Below are positions 9,803-20,040 of a stretch of 64,000 nucleotides of DNA, piece after piece. Position 1 is the stretch's first letter, and each line of letters starts with the position of its first letter. The notes beneath the pieces are model-generated. The model did not search any database and had not been told where the DNA came from. It saw nothing but the letters and a program-made list of their open reading frames with translations. The DNA is from Candidatus Bathyarchaeota archaeon. GTDB lineage: Archaea > Thermoproteota > Bathyarchaeia > TCS64. Location: NCBI GenBank assembly GCA_043826455.1, contig JBDRQD010000046.1:55316-119315 (forward strand), read 5' to 3'. Made by a program: the position numbers and the translations under genes.

Positions 9803-12568
9803 TTACTGTTTTTTGTGCTCCACGTACCGTCTCCGCGGTATGAGCTTACCCGGAATTATGAGGAACGCCGTGAAGCTGCCCAGCATGCACAGCCCCAGGA
9901 GGAAGGGCGACAACGGCACCACGTGGAATATCTCTGCTAGCGCGGGGGTGTAGAGTATCAGTATCTGAAGCCCATAGCCGACAGCCACCGACACGAAGAG
10001 CCACTTGTTGGCCGTGATCCCCTTCCAGCCCATCTGGAAGATGTGCTTGGTCTCGCTTCTACATTGATAGGCCAGCAGGAACTCGAAGAACACGATGCTT
10101 GAGAAGGCAACTGTTCTGGCCGTGGTGGCGGCCAGCTCATAGTCACCTGTGACCTCGAAAGTAGTCACAAAGGTGTAGAAGAAGGGTATGAAGTCGCTGA
10201 TGAAATCCACCAGGGCGGCGAAGAGGATGAACCTCCAGAACCGCCTCAGTATGTCCTCCTTGGGGTCCCTGGGCGGGTACTTCATGATGTCCGGGTCCGG
10301 TGGGTCAATGCTCAGTGCCACGGCCGGCAGCCCGTCCGTCACTAGGTTGATCCACAGCACATGTATCGGCAGGAAGGGCACGGGTAGGCCTAGGGCGGCC
10401 GTGACCGTGATCTCGATGAACTCGTCGAAGTTGGCCGCCAGCATGAGCCGGATGTACTTGGCCACGTTGTCGTATATCTCCCTGCCACCCTTGATGGCCG
10501 TGACGATGGTGGCGAAGTTATCGTCCTCCAGCACCATGTCGCTGGCCTCCTTGGTGACGTCGGTGCCCTTGATACCCATGGCCACACCTATGTCGGCGGC
10601 CTTCAGGGCCGGGGCGTCGTTGACGCCGTCCCCCGTCATGGCCACGATGTGGCCGAGGCGTTTAAGGCTCTGGGCGATCCTCATCTTGTGGGCGGGGCTC
10701 ACCCTGGCGCAGACGCGCACATCCTCGATGGTCTCGTCCAGCTCTTCGTCTGTGAGGGTCTCCAGCTCGAAGCCCTCCAGCACCGATTCGTTGGTCTCCT
10801 CCTTGAGGATGCCGATCTGGCTAGCAATGGCTACCGCCGTGACCCTGTGGTCACCGGTGACCATGATCGTCCTGATACCCGCGCTCTGGGCGGTCCTGAT
10901 GGCCAAGGGCACCTCCTCCCTCGGAGGGTCAATCATGCCCTGTATCCCTACGAAGGTGAGGCCGCTCTCCACATCCTCCACGTCAAGGTCGGCGAGGTCG
11001 TAGTCGTCCGGCAGCCACTTGTAGCTCATGGCCAGGACGCGGAGGGCGTCGGCGGCCATGCTCTTCATCTGATTCAGGTTCTGCTTCAGGTCGGCCTCGT
11101 TGATGGTCCTGGGCTCCCCGTCCAGTACGCTGGTGCACCTGTCGATGATGATCTCGGGGGCCCCCTTCACGTAGGCCACGAGCCTGCCCTCGGGGGTCTT
11201 GTGGATGGTGGTCATGCGTTTACGGGACGAGTCGAAGGGAAGCTCGGCGACCCGCAGGTACCTCTCGTTGAGCTCTTTGACGGGCATCCCGGCCTTCTCG
11301 GCTGCCACCACCAGGGCGCCCTCAGTGGGGTCCCCGAAGACCACCCAAGAGCCGTTGTTGTTTTGGAGGTGGGCGTCGTTGTTGAGGGCCCCGATCCTGA
11401 GGAGGAGCTCCATTGTCGGGTCCGACGCGGGGTCCGTCTTGGCTCCGTCGCCGTGGAACTCTCCCATGGGGTCGTACCCTGCCCCCGTGACATCCAGGGT
11501 CACCCCGTTGGCGCTGATTCGAGTGACCGTCATCTCGTTCTTGGTCAGGGTCCCCGTCTTGTCGCTGCATATCACGGTGGTGCTGCCCAGGGTCTCAACG
11601 CTGGCCAGCTTCCTCACTATGGCTCTCTGCCGGGCCATGCGGGCCGTCCCCAAGGCTAGGGTGATGGTGAGCACGGCGGGCAGCCCCTCAGGTATGGCTG
11701 ACACGGCCAGGCTGATGCTGGTCATGAAAACATCCTTCAGGGACCTGTCGTGGACGAAGAGGAGGACGAAGAAAACGAAGACTGTGCAAGCCACGCTTAT
11801 CTGGGCCAGCTGCCTCCCCAGCCGCTCCATCTTCTTGCGCAGGGGCGGGTCCTCGGTGTCGATGGACTGAACCATGCCGGCGATCTTGCCGAACTGGCTA
11901 CTCATCCCCGTGTCGGTCACCAGGGCCACGGCGCGGCCGTTGGTGATCACTGTACCCATGAACACCATGTTCTTCTGGTCGCCGACGCCCGCTTCAGGCG
12001 CGACCACCTTCAGGCTCTTGCTCACGGACCTGGACTCGCCTGTGAGAGCGGCCTCGTCCACCTCAAGGTTGGCGGCCTCGATCAGCCTACAGTCCGCTGG
12101 CACCCGGCTCCCCGCATCCAGCAGCACGATGTCCCCGGGAACCAGATCCTTGGAGTCGATGGACTCCTCCTTTCCGCCCCTGAGAACCAGGACGTGGGGC
12201 GAAACCATGGCCTTGAGGGCCTCCACGGCCTGCTCGGCCCTGTACTCCTGGACGAAGCCCAGGATGCCGTTCATTACCACGATGAAGAGGATGACCCACG
12301 TGTCCGTCATAGGCTCCCCCTCCTGGATAGCTATGTAGGCGGACACGATGGCCGCGATAATCAGTATGATGACGAGGATGCTGGTGAACTGCTCGTAGAG
12401 GAGGTGATACCACTTGGTCTTCTTCTCCTCCACCAGCTCGTTGGGGCCGTAAAGCTGGAGGCGGCGCTCAACCTCCTCATCAGTGATGCCCTGCCTGCCC
12501 GACTCGAGGCTCTTCAGGGCGTCATCGATCTCTGTGGCATGCCAGTTACTCTTCTCCAAAGCCGACAC
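9803..12568 (-). CDS. P-type cation-transporting ATPase (P2A/Ca2+-like)
   Basis: TGES, PEGLP, DKTGTLT, KGAPE, TGD, GDGVNDAPALK, LWINLVTDG. Confidence 0.93.
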   Translation of the reverse strand: MSALEKSNWHATEIDDALKSLESGRQGITDEEVERRLQLYGPNELVEEKKTKWYHLLYEQFTSILVIILIIAAIVSAYIAIQEGEPMTDTWVILFIVVMNGILGFVQEYRAEQAVEALKAMVSPHVLVLRGGKEESIDSKDLVPGDIVLLDAGSRVPADCRLIEAANLEVDEAALTGESRSVSKSLKVVAPEAGVGDQKNMVFMGTVITNGRAVALVTDTGMSSQFGKIAGMVQSIDTEDPPLRKKMERLGRQLAQISVACTVFVFFVLLFVHDRSLKDVFMTSISLAVSAIPEGLPAVLTITLALGTARMARQRAIVRKLASVETLGSTTVICSDKTGTLTKNEMTVTRISANGVTLDVTGAGYDPMGEFHGDGAKTDPASDPTMELLLRIGALNNDAHLQNNNGSWVVFGDPTEGALVVAAEKAGMPVKELNERYLRVAELPFDSSRKRMTTIHKTPEGRLVAYVKGAPEIIIDRCTSVLDGEPRTINEADLKQNLNQMKSMAADALRVLAMSYKWLPDDYDLADLDVEDVESGLTFVGIQGMIDPPREEVPLAIRTAQSAGIRTIMVTGDHRVTAVAIASQIGILKEETNESVLEGFELETLTDEELDETIEDVRVCARVSPAHKMRIAQSLKRLGHIVAMTGDGVNDAPALKAADIGVAMGIKGTDVTKEASDMVLEDDNFATIVTAIKGGREIYDNVAKYIRLMLAANFDEFIEITVTAALGLPVPFLPIHVLWINLVTDGLPAVALSIDPPDPDIMKYPPRDPKEDILRRFWRFILFAALVDFISDFIPFFYTFVTTFEVTGDYELAATTARTVAFSSIVFFEFLLAYQCRSETKHIFQMGWKGITANKWLFVSVAVGYGLQILILYTPALAEIFHVVPLSPFLLGLCMLGSFTAFLIIPGKLIPRRRYVEHKKQ

Positions 12569-12673
12569 CGTGTTAAAGTCTAGGCGCTTTCACTAACCTA
12601 TGTCCACAAAGGGAATGTATTCAGACTTAAAACTTATACGCTGATAATCAAACCCAACCCGAAAAACCAGTAA

Positions 12674-13072
12674 CTACTCTACTACCAAATATCTCTTCTG
12701 GCGCATGTAGAGTACCCTCAAGCCCCTGTCCCTGAGCCGCCTCCTGAGCTCCGAGTCCGTCGTGGCGACCACGTAATTATACTCTGAGGCGAGCCGGATT
12801 AGGGAGTCGTCCACCGTCTCACCCTCCCGGGGCTCGTCCTCGACGACTATGCACCGGGAGGCCAGGGTCAATGCAAAGTCTAGCTCCCTCTGGAACTTAG
12901 GCCCAGCTTCCTCCTTCAGGGACTCCATCTCTCTCAGCACGCCGGAAGTGACTGTTGGCTCCACAAGCTGGTTGAGGGCCCTCTCCGCCTCTGCGAATAT
13001 GTCCACGCCGAAACGGATGGGTACCAGTAAAAAGTTGGTGTCGACTAGAACCTTGGCCGGCAACTCAGCCAC
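12674..13072 (-). CDS. PIN-domain ribonuclease (Fcf1/Utp24-like)
   Basis: VLVDTNFL, VDDSL, VATTDSELRRRL; overlaps the aIF2-gamma stop. Confidence 0.8.
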   Translation of the reverse strand: MAELPAKVLVDTNFLLVPIRFGVDIFAEAERALNQLVEPTVTSGVLREMESLKEEAGPKFQRELDFALTLASRCIVVEDEPREGETVDDSLIRLASEYNYVVATTDSELRRRLRDRGLRVLYMRQKRYLVVE

Positions 13073-14303
13073 TTACGGTCCCTACTCCGATGAGCCTCCA
13101 CCTGCTCCCTATGCGCCTGCTGATGGCGACCCTGTCGCCCGTATCCGCGCATACGGGGATGCTGAGGCTGGCCTCCATGGTGGACTTCCTGATGTCTGTG
13201 ACGTCCCCCATGGTCTTGGCGGTGCCCACGTTCAGTAGAAGCTTCTCACCCTTGGCCACCTTGGCCACCTTCTCCTTCTCCCGGCTGCCCACCACGTTCT
13301 CGAAGAGCTCATAGTCCAATACAAGCTTCTCCAGGACCTCTGGCAGTGTACCCGGTTTGCCCACCAGGCTGCCTACAAGCCCGTCGCTCTTGGTGATGGA
13401 GGGGTCCAGCATGGTACCCACACCCGCCAACCCGCCGGGTACAGCCTCGTCCACCCCCGTGCCGCCGACGTGGAGGCTGGTTATCTCTGTGAGAAGCTCC
13501 CGCATCTTGATCCTGTTCTTCTGCCGCGTAGGCAGGCCTGGCCTGATCTCCACTTCGTCCCCCATATTGAAGTTGCCCTGGGTTATGCTCCCCCCCAGGA
13601 CGCCTCCAACGATTTCCTCGACGGCTGTGCCCGGCTTGTTGACGTCGAAGCTTCTGATGATGTACATCCTGGGCGGCAGGTCTGGGTCCCTCTCAGGCGT
13701 GGGCAGGTACTGCTCCATAGCCTGGATGAGGAGGTCTATGTTGATCTCCTGCTGGGCCGAGACCGGGATGATGGGGGCGCCATCGGCGATGCTGCCCTTG
13801 ACGAAGGCCTTGATCTGGTCATAGTTCTTCAGGGAGTCTTCCCTGGACACCAAGTCGATCTTGTTCTGGACTATGATGAGGTTCCGGAGGCCCACGGCCT
13901 CTATGGCGGCCAGGTGCTCCCGGGTCTGGGGCTGGGGGCACTGCTCGTTGGCCGCGATGACCAGTATGGCGCCGTCCATCACGGCGGCCCCGCTGAGCAT
14001 TGTGGCCATGAGTATCTCGTGGCCGGGAGCGTCCACGAAGCTCACGGTCCGCTGAAGCTCGGCGTCCCCGCCGCAGGCGGGGCACTTCTCGGACACGCAG
14101 TAGCACTGGGGCTCGTCGCAGTTGGGGCACTTGTAGATGGCCGCGTCGGCGTAGCCCAGCTTGATGGTGATGCCTCGCTTGAGCTCCTCGCTGTGACGGC
14201 TGGCCCACTGCCCCGTGAGGGCCTGGACTAGGGTGGTCTTGCCGTGGTCCACGTGGCCTATGGTGCCAATGTTGATCTCCGGTTGGCGCGGTAGTTTTGC
14301 GAT
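13065..14303 (-). CDS. eif2g: Translation initiation factor 2 gamma subunit
   Basis: QPEINIGTIGHVDHGKTT, GITIKLGY, Zn ribbon, DAPGHE, NKID, WRLIG; the conserved N-terminus extends upstream of GTG 14252 to a probable ATC start at 14303. Confidence 0.95.
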   Translation of the reverse strand: MAKLPRQPEINIGTIGHVDHGKTTLVQALTGQWASRHSEELKRGITIKLGYADAAIYKCPNCDEPQCYCVSEKCPACGGDAELQRTVSFVDAPGHEILMATMLSGAAVMDGAILVIAANEQCPQPQTREHLAAIEAVGLRNLIIVQNKIDLVSREDSLKNYDQIKAFVKGSIADGAPIIPVSAQQEINIDLLIQAMEQYLPTPERDPDLPPRMYIIRSFDVNKPGTAVEEIVGGVLGGSITQGNFNMGDEVEIRPGLPTRQKNRIKMRELLTEITSLHVGGTGVDEAVPGGLAGVGTMLDPSITKSDGLVGSLVGKPGTLPEVLEKLVLDYELFENVVGSREKEKVAKVAKGEKLLLNVGTAKTMGDVTDIRKSTMEASLSIPVCADTGDRVAISRRIGSRWRLIGVGTVSG

Positions 14304-14460
14304 GACGATTATCCCCCTGAACTAGTGGATTAGCTACTGCGCCTTATCTTAAATACATATCTCTGAAGGCTAGGAGGGTGGCTACTCACCATGTTTTGGT
14401 AGTGTTTTGGTAACAGTTATATTAGGTTCTCGCGGACTTGAATCAGACAAGGTGCACCCA

Positions 14461-14664
14461 TTGAGCGAGGACAAGGTACCTGTGATGATCCCCCGCAGCC
14501 TCTACCAGAAGATCGAGGAGAAGATCGCGGGCACCAGCTTCACCACCGTTGAGGAGTACGTGGCGCTGCTTCTGGAGAACGAGTTCCCGGAGGAGACGGA
14601 GTACAGCGAGGAGGAGGAGGCCCTCATCCGTGAGCGCCTCAGGAAGCTCGGATACATAGAGTGA
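14461..14664 (+). CDS. Small CopG/RHH-like protein with ERLRKLGY tail
   Basis: VPVMIPRSLYQKIEEKI...FTTVEEYV...EEEALIRERLRKLGYIE; TTG start after AGGTG. Confidence 0.7.
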   Translation: MSEDKVPVMIPRSLYQKIEEKIAGTSFTTVEEYVALLLENEFPEETEYSEEEEALIRERLRKLGYIE

Positions 14665-14669
14665 TCAAG

Positions 14670-15815
14670 ATGCCCAGACCCCACGGAGGACGCCTAGTGG
14701 ACAGGCTCACCCCACCAGCCGCTGTTGAAAAGGTGCGCGGCGAAGCCACCGAACTAGTCAAGCTCGACGTGTCCGAGGAGCTGAGCCTGGACTTTGAGAA
14801 CATAGCCTTTGGCCTCTACAGCCCCCTTGTGGGGCCCCTTAACCAGGACGAGTACATGACGGTTCTGGCCAAGGGGCGGCTAGCCAACGACCTGCCCTGG
14901 ACGATACCCATACTCCTGGACGTGTCGGAGGAAGAGGCGGCAGGGTTCAGTGTAGGCGACAGGCTGTGCTTAGTCTGCGAGGGTGAGCCCTTCGCGGTCA
15001 TGGACGTGGAGGAGAAGTACGGCTGGGACAGGAAGACCCACTGTGAGAGGATATACAAGACCACGGACCCGGCTCACCCAGGCGTAGCCAAGACCCATGA
15101 GATGAAGGAGACCCTCGTAGGGGGGTGCGTCGATGTCTACGAGCCCTCACCCGGGAAGTACCCAAAGTACCGCCTGAAGCCTCGGGAGACCCGGTTCCTG
15201 TTCAGGGAGAAGGGGTGGAGGACGGTGGCCGGGTTCCAGACCAGGAACGCGCCCCACATAGGCCACGAGTACGTGCAGAAGACGGCCCTGGCCTTCGTGG
15301 ACGGTCTGTTCATCAACCCGCTGATCGGTAAGAAGAAGTCGGGGGATTTCACGGACGAGGTGATACTAGAGACCTACGAGGAGGTCATCAGGCACTACTT
15401 CCTCAGGAACAGCGCCACCATGGTGACCCTGGAGATGGAGATGAGGTACGCGGGCCCCAAGGAGGCCATACACCACGCCATCATCAGGAAGAACTACGGT
15501 TGCAGCCACTTCATAGTGGGCCGCGACCACGCCGGCGTCGGCAACTACTACGGACCCTTCGAGGCCCAGGAGATCTTCGAGGACTACCCGGACCTGGGGA
15601 TCATGCCCATCTTCTTCCGCAACTTCTTCCACTGCAGGAAGTGTGGGGGCCCCCAGAACGACAAGATATGCCCACACGGAGCGGAGGCCCACGTGAACTA
15701 CAGCGGCACCAAGATGAGGAGCCTGCTGCTGGAGGGGAAGAGGCCGGACGAGACCATGATGAGGCCCGAGGTGGTGGACGTAATCCTGCGCCACAAGGAG
15801 CCCTTCAACCCCTAA
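14670..15815 (+). CDS. sat: Sulfate adenylyltransferase (ATP sulfurylase)
   Basis: PHGGRLVDR, FQTRNAPHIGHE, MRYAGPKEA, VGRDHAGVG, SGTKMR. Confidence 0.95.
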   Translation: MPRPHGGRLVDRLTPPAAVEKVRGEATELVKLDVSEELSLDFENIAFGLYSPLVGPLNQDEYMTVLAKGRLANDLPWTIPILLDVSEEEAAGFSVGDRLCLVCEGEPFAVMDVEEKYGWDRKTHCERIYKTTDPAHPGVAKTHEMKETLVGGCVDVYEPSPGKYPKYRLKPRETRFLFREKGWRTVAGFQTRNAPHIGHEYVQKTALAFVDGLFINPLIGKKKSGDFTDEVILETYEEVIRHYFLRNSATMVTLEMEMRYAGPKEAIHHAIIRKNYGCSHFIVGRDHAGVGNYYGPFEAQEIFEDYPDLGIMPIFFRNFFHCRKCGGPQNDKICPHGAEAHVNYSGTKMRSLLLEGKRPDETMMRPEVVDVILRHKEPFNP

Positions 15816-15863
15816 CACCTCACTACCCTTATCAGCGGCCCTGCACCAGCTTGTGGGATCGAG

Positions 15864-16142
15864 ATGGCTAATAAGATAAACGCATCCCACATCCTGGTGG
15901 AGAAGCAGAGCCAGGCACTGAAGATACTGGAGGAGCTGAAGAAGGGCTCCGACTTCAAGGAGCTGGCAAAGAAGCACAGCACCTGCCCCAGCGGTAAACG
16001 GGGCGGCGACCTGGGCAGCTTCGGCAGGGGCCAGATGGTTAAACCCTTCGAGGACGCGGCCTTCGCGTTGAACGTGGGGGAGACCACTAAGGAGCCCGTG
16101 AGAACCCAGTTCGGGTACCACATCATCAAGAGAACTGGTTAA
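15864..16142 (+). CDS. Parvulin-type peptidyl-prolyl isomerase
   Basis: [35 protein letters not shown]. Confidence 0.93.
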   Translation: MANKINASHILVEKQSQALKILEELKKGSDFKELAKKHSTCPSGKRGGDLGSFGRGQMVKPFEDAAFALNVGETTKEPVRTQFGYHIIKRTG

Positions 16143-17151
16143 AGGACCACAGGAACGCCCTCAGCAGCCTCCTCCAGTCCTTGGGGATGTCCCTGAAGGC
16201 GTCACACTCCAGCCAGCACGTGGGGCACCCGAGGGAGCCTATGATTCTCCGCGCCTCCTCGGCTTTATCTGAGGAGAGTATCTCTTTTAGGGGCGTCTCG
16301 AAGGCGTTGCCCATTAGGTGGTTCATGACTATGCAGGGGTAGACGTCACCGGACGCGTCTATGAACACGGACTCCTCCGCCGCCGAGCACGCCATGGAGC
16401 GGCCCTCAACTAGGAACTCCGTCATTCCCTGTAGGTACGCGAGGCTGGTCAGGCCCTTGAGGGTCCCCTTGTCCTCTTTGACCCACGAGGCTAACTGTTT
16501 GACCACCGGCTCCATGTCCTCCGCGGTGATCTGCCTGGTCTCGCCCAGGTTCTGGTAGTAGTGCTCGCTGATGTTGACGGGCCTGACGCTGAACTCGGCG
16601 CCGTACTGGCCTGACATCTTCTGGATTATGGGGGCCTGCTGGTAGTTGGCGGCTGTCAAGGTGAAGCCGGCGGATAGGTGGAGGCGGGGATACTTTTTCT
16701 TAAGCTCCGACAGCAGCCTCAGGGTCGTCATGGCGAGCCTGAAGCTGCCGTCTATGCCTCTCTGGATGTCGTGGGACTCGCCTTCACCGTCCAGGGACAC
16801 GGTCACACCCAGATGTGGCTCGTCGACGTCTACGAGCATCTGCTTGGTCATGTCGGCGACCTTCTCGGGTAGAAGCCCGTTAGTGGGTATCCAGATCATG
16901 CAGTGGGGCAGCGCGTCGTGGACGGCCTCCGCTATCTCTGGCAGGTCGTCCCTGAGGAAAGGCTCACCCCCTGTGAGCTGGATGAACCTGAGGTGCCTCA
17001 GCGTGGCCCTGTTGTCGTGGAGGAACCGGGTGATCTGTTCGAGGGGCGGGTCCGGGCGGGGGTCCATCTTCCATATGTTGCAGGTGTTGCAGCGCCCGTT
17101 GCACCTGTTGGTGACAGCGAGGTTGCTGATGGCTGTGAGGGGCCTTGACAT
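16126..17151 (-). CDS. Radical SAM protein with SPASM/twitch domain
   Basis: [17 protein letters not shown]...GDVYPC...CPTCWLEC. Confidence 0.88.
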   Translation of the reverse strand: MSRPLTAISNLAVTNRCNGRCNTCNIWKMDPRPDPPLEQITRFLHDNRATLRHLRFIQLTGGEPFLRDDLPEIAEAVHDALPHCMIWIPTNGLLPEKVADMTKQMLVDVDEPHLGVTVSLDGEGESHDIQRGIDGSFRLAMTTLRLLSELKKKYPRLHLSAGFTLTAANYQQAPIIQKMSGQYGAEFSVRPVNISEHYYQNLGETRQITAEDMEPVVKQLASWVKEDKGTLKGLTSLAYLQGMTEFLVEGRSMACSAAEESVFIDASGDVYPCIVMNHLMGNAFETPLKEILSSDKAEEARRIIGSLGCPTCWLECDAFRDIPKDWRRLLRAFLWSFNQFS

Positions 17152-17215
17152 CGAATCCAATATAATTATATTCGTAGATAAAACTTAACCGCCAGATATT
17201 TACAGTGGGCACACC

Positions 17216-17593
17216 TTGGATACCTCGACCGAGATGAAGATAACGAGGATAGACCACCTGCACTTCTTCACAACCGACCTGGACGAGGCCATAGGGTTCT
17301 ACGAGGACCTGGGCTTCACCCTCAGCCACAGGCTCCAGCACGGGGGAAGGGAGGCGGCTCAGCTTGCAGCGGGCGATGTCACCGTGGACCTCAACCAGAC
17401 CAGGGCCGCGGACAACCCTGGGTACAGCCACTTCGCCGTACAGGTGGACGACCTGGACGAGGCGTGTGAGATGCTGAGGGGTAAGGGCTATGATGTGGAC
17501 GGCCCGACGTACAACCAGGACACCAAGAGGTGGATTCTAACTGTGAGAGACCCTAACGGGTTCCTGGTACAGATGGTGAAAGCAGAGAAGTAA
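17216..17593 (+). CDS. VOC/glyoxalase family protein
   Basis: IDHLHF, FYEDLGF, HFAVQVDDLD, RDPNG. Confidence 0.85.
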   Translation: MDTSTEMKITRIDHLHFFTTDLDEAIGFYEDLGFTLSHRLQHGGREAAQLAAGDVTVDLNQTRAADNPGYSHFAVQVDDLDEACEMLRGKGYDVDGPTYNQDTKRWILTVRDPNGFLVQMVKAEK

Positions 17594-17613
17594 AACTACA
17601 TGGAGAATGAGAT

Positions 17614-18420
17614 ATGAAAGTGTACGTGGTCTGCGACCTGGAGGGCGTCGCAGGAGTGGTTGACTTCAGGAAGCAGTGCATGGAGGATGGAGCGTATTAC
17701 CAGCAGGCTATCAAGTTGGCCACCCTTGAACTGAACGCGTTGGTGGAGGGCGCCCTCGAGGGCGGGGCCACGGAGGTCTACGCGTGGCCGGGCCACGGGG
17801 ACTTCCCCGGCGGCATCGACGTGGAGCTTCTTCACCCCGAGTGCAAGCTAGTCATGCACGCGGGAGACGGGGGCCCGGCAGGGATCGACGGCTCCTTCGA
17901 CGCCATGATGCTCCACGGGCTCCACGGCATGGCTGGCTCCGAGAACGGCGTCCTGTCCCACAGCTTCATGCCTTTCCTGCGGAACGTCTGGCTCAACGAA
18001 CTGAAGATAGGTGAGATCGCCATGAACATGATCAGCTTCGGTGACCACGGTGTCCCGACGGTCATGGTCACGGGGGACCAGGCAGCGGTGGACGAGGCAA
18101 AGGCCCTTGTCCCCGGCGTCGAGGGAGCGACGGTGAAGTGGGGCCTGGAGGAGAAGCACAGGCTCGGCGCCCTCTCTGTTAGAAGAGCGGTGTCCCTCTC
18201 ACCAGTGAAATCTAGGAGCCTGATAAGAAACGTGGCTAAGAGGGCCATGGGGCGGATCGGCGCAGTCGAGCCCTTCACCATGGAGCCGCCCTACGTGATG
18301 AGGGTCGAGTACACGGAAAGCAAGTACGCCGAGGCGGCGGCGATGAACCCCGGAGTGCAGCGGATAGACGAAAACACTGTAACCCAGACGCGCGGCAGGC
18401 TCCAGGAACTCGTATTCTGA
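17614..18420 (+). CDS. M55 family D-aminopeptidase (DppA-like)
   Basis: VCDLEGVAGV, GHG, GLHGMAG, LSHS, IGEI, VTGD. Confidence 0.88.
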   Translation: MKVYVVCDLEGVAGVVDFRKQCMEDGAYYQQAIKLATLELNALVEGALEGGATEVYAWPGHGDFPGGIDVELLHPECKLVMHAGDGGPAGIDGSFDAMMLHGLHGMAGSENGVLSHSFMPFLRNVWLNELKIGEIAMNMISFGDHGVPTVMVTGDQAAVDEAKALVPGVEGATVKWGLEEKHRLGALSVRRAVSLSPVKSRSLIRNVAKRAMGRIGAVEPFTMEPPYVMRVEYTESKYAEAAAMNPGVQRIDENTVTQTRGRLQELVF

Positions 18421-18490
18421 TCTGTTTCACACACGACTCCTCACCCCCAGGCTCCGCCCCACTTATAACGGGGCCTCTGAGAGTGAAGCC

Positions 18491-19159
18491 GTGCAGCGTC
18501 AGTTGCTGGAGAGACCGAGGCTGGGCGAGTCAAGCATGCATCTCTTCCTCAAACAAGTGGGGAGACTGTTCCTCCTCAACCAGGGGTGCCACACCGTGGA
18601 GACAGAGGTCAGGCTCAACCAGCTAGGCCTCCAGCGCCTTGACGAGCTGGACAACAAGAAGATAGTGGACGTGCTCGGCGTAAGCCTCAGGTACAAGCCC
18701 ATCAACTGCAAGATGGCGCAGGGAGAGAACTGCGAGGACTTCACCCTGCCCCAGCCAAGCCTGTACGATGTAGGTATCAACGTCCTCAGGGGGGTGGAGG
18801 TGAAGGTGAGCAGAGGCGACTTCAGGAACGGGTTCATATGCGCCGGCTGCAACTACAACTACGTCCTCACCCCCACCAGGCTCGTGTCCCCCAGCCTCCT
18901 CCCCAAGGGCGTGGGCCTCATAGAGTACAACAGGTACAAGTTCAGCTGCGAGCCATCAGACGACCCCGAGAGACGCCCATACAGGATCAGTGGGCTCAGG
19001 GTAGTCCGACGGGCACAGTACAAGGAGCTGCCCCGGTTCCAGGTGGACCACGCCATCGCCGCCGTGGCGGAGAGGAGGCTGTCAGAGGCTCAGAGGGCCG
19101 CACTTGCAGAGGTGCTGACAAGCCTGGACGACCCCGAGCTTGTGTACCAGGCACCCTAA
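18491..19159 (+). CDS. Hypothetical PD-(D/E)xK nuclease-fold protein (MmcB-like)
   Basis: ETEV...IVDVLG...GVEVKVSRGDF...YNYVLTP...LPKGVGLIEY. Confidence 0.6.
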   Translation: MQRQLLERPRLGESSMHLFLKQVGRLFLLNQGCHTVETEVRLNQLGLQRLDELDNKKIVDVLGVSLRYKPINCKMAQGENCEDFTLPQPSLYDVGINVLRGVEVKVSRGDFRNGFICAGCNYNYVLTPTRLVSPSLLPKGVGLIEYNRYKFSCEPSDDPERRPYRISGLRVVRRAQYKELPRFQVDHAIAAVAERRLSEAQRAALAEVLTSLDDPELVYQAP

Positions 19160-20040
19160 TCGTTGAACAAGCTCTCGATGCCCTTGAGCCGGTTCCTCAG
19201 GGTGACCTCGGTGGTGCCCGCCGCCAACGCGACGTCCTTCTGGATGCGCTTCTCCTGGGTCACAATACAAGCCTTGTAGAGGGCTGCGGCCGCAAGGCCC
19301 CGGGGGTCCTTCCCCGTGAGGCCCTGCCTCTCCCCGGCCGCGACGAGGAGGTCTATGGCGTACCTCTCGGTGCGGGTGTTCAGGTTCAGCTTGGAGGCGA
19401 TGCTGGGCACAAACTTTATGGGGTCATCCACGGGCATCCTGAGGCCCAGCTCCCTGATCATGAGCCTGTAGGTGCGCGCCACCTCGGCGTGGTCCCTAGT
19501 GGAAGCCTTCGACAGGTCCTTCAATGGGCGGGGCACCTTCAACTGTCTGCACGCGGCGTACACGCTGGCCGCCACGAAAGCGTCTATGCTCCTGCCCCTG
19601 AGAAGGTCCTTCTTGAAGGCCCGCCTGTAGATGAGGGCGGCCCTCTCCTTCACGTTCCCGGGCAGGTGGAGCTGGGCTGACAGGCGGTCCAGCTCGGACA
19701 TGGCCAGGTTCAGGTTCCTCTGCTGAGTGGTGTCCAGCTTGGCCCTGTTATCGAAACGCCTGAGCCGGGTCATCTTGATGCGGGTCTCGTCGTCCAGCCG
19801 GTTGCCGTTGTGGTCCTTGTCGGCCCTGAAGACAGTGGACAGCCCCTTATCGTAGAGGGCCAGCGACGAGGCGAGCCCGGCCCTGCTGCGGCTCTGGTTC
19901 TCCTGGGTGGTGAAGGCCCTCCACTCGGGGCCGGGGTCCACGATGCTGCTCTGAACCACAAGGCCGCATGCTCCGCAAACCTCCTCGCCGGTGTCGTAGT
20001 CGATTATCAGGTTAGAGCTTCCGCAGCTTGGGCACTTTAT
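19156..20040 (-). CDS. tfb: Transcription initiation factor IIB paralog (divergent)
   Basis: CPSC..CGAC zinc ribbon upstream of the called GTG, GPEWRAF, two cyclin folds, TEVTLRNR; probable ATA (20040) or CTG (20046) start. Confidence 0.92.
   Translation of the reverse strand: MKCPSCGSSNLIIDYDTGEEVCGACGLVVQSSIVDPGPEWRAFTTQENQSRSRAGLASSLALYDKGLSTVFRADKDHNGNRLDDETRIKMTRLRRFDNRAKLDTTQQRNLNLAMSELDRLSAQLHLPGNVKERAALIYRRAFKKDLLRGRSIDAFVAASVYAACRQLKVPRPLKDLSKASTRDHAEVARTYRLMIRELGLRMPVDDPIKFVPSIASKLNLNTRTERYAIDLLVAAGERQGLTGKDPRGLAAAALYKACIVTQEKRIQKDVALAAGTTEVTLRNRLKGIESLFND

Noticed and set aside
12674..13072. PIN gene as a toxin
   Set aside because: No antitoxin; its position after aIF2-gamma fits the conserved archaeal housekeeping PIN
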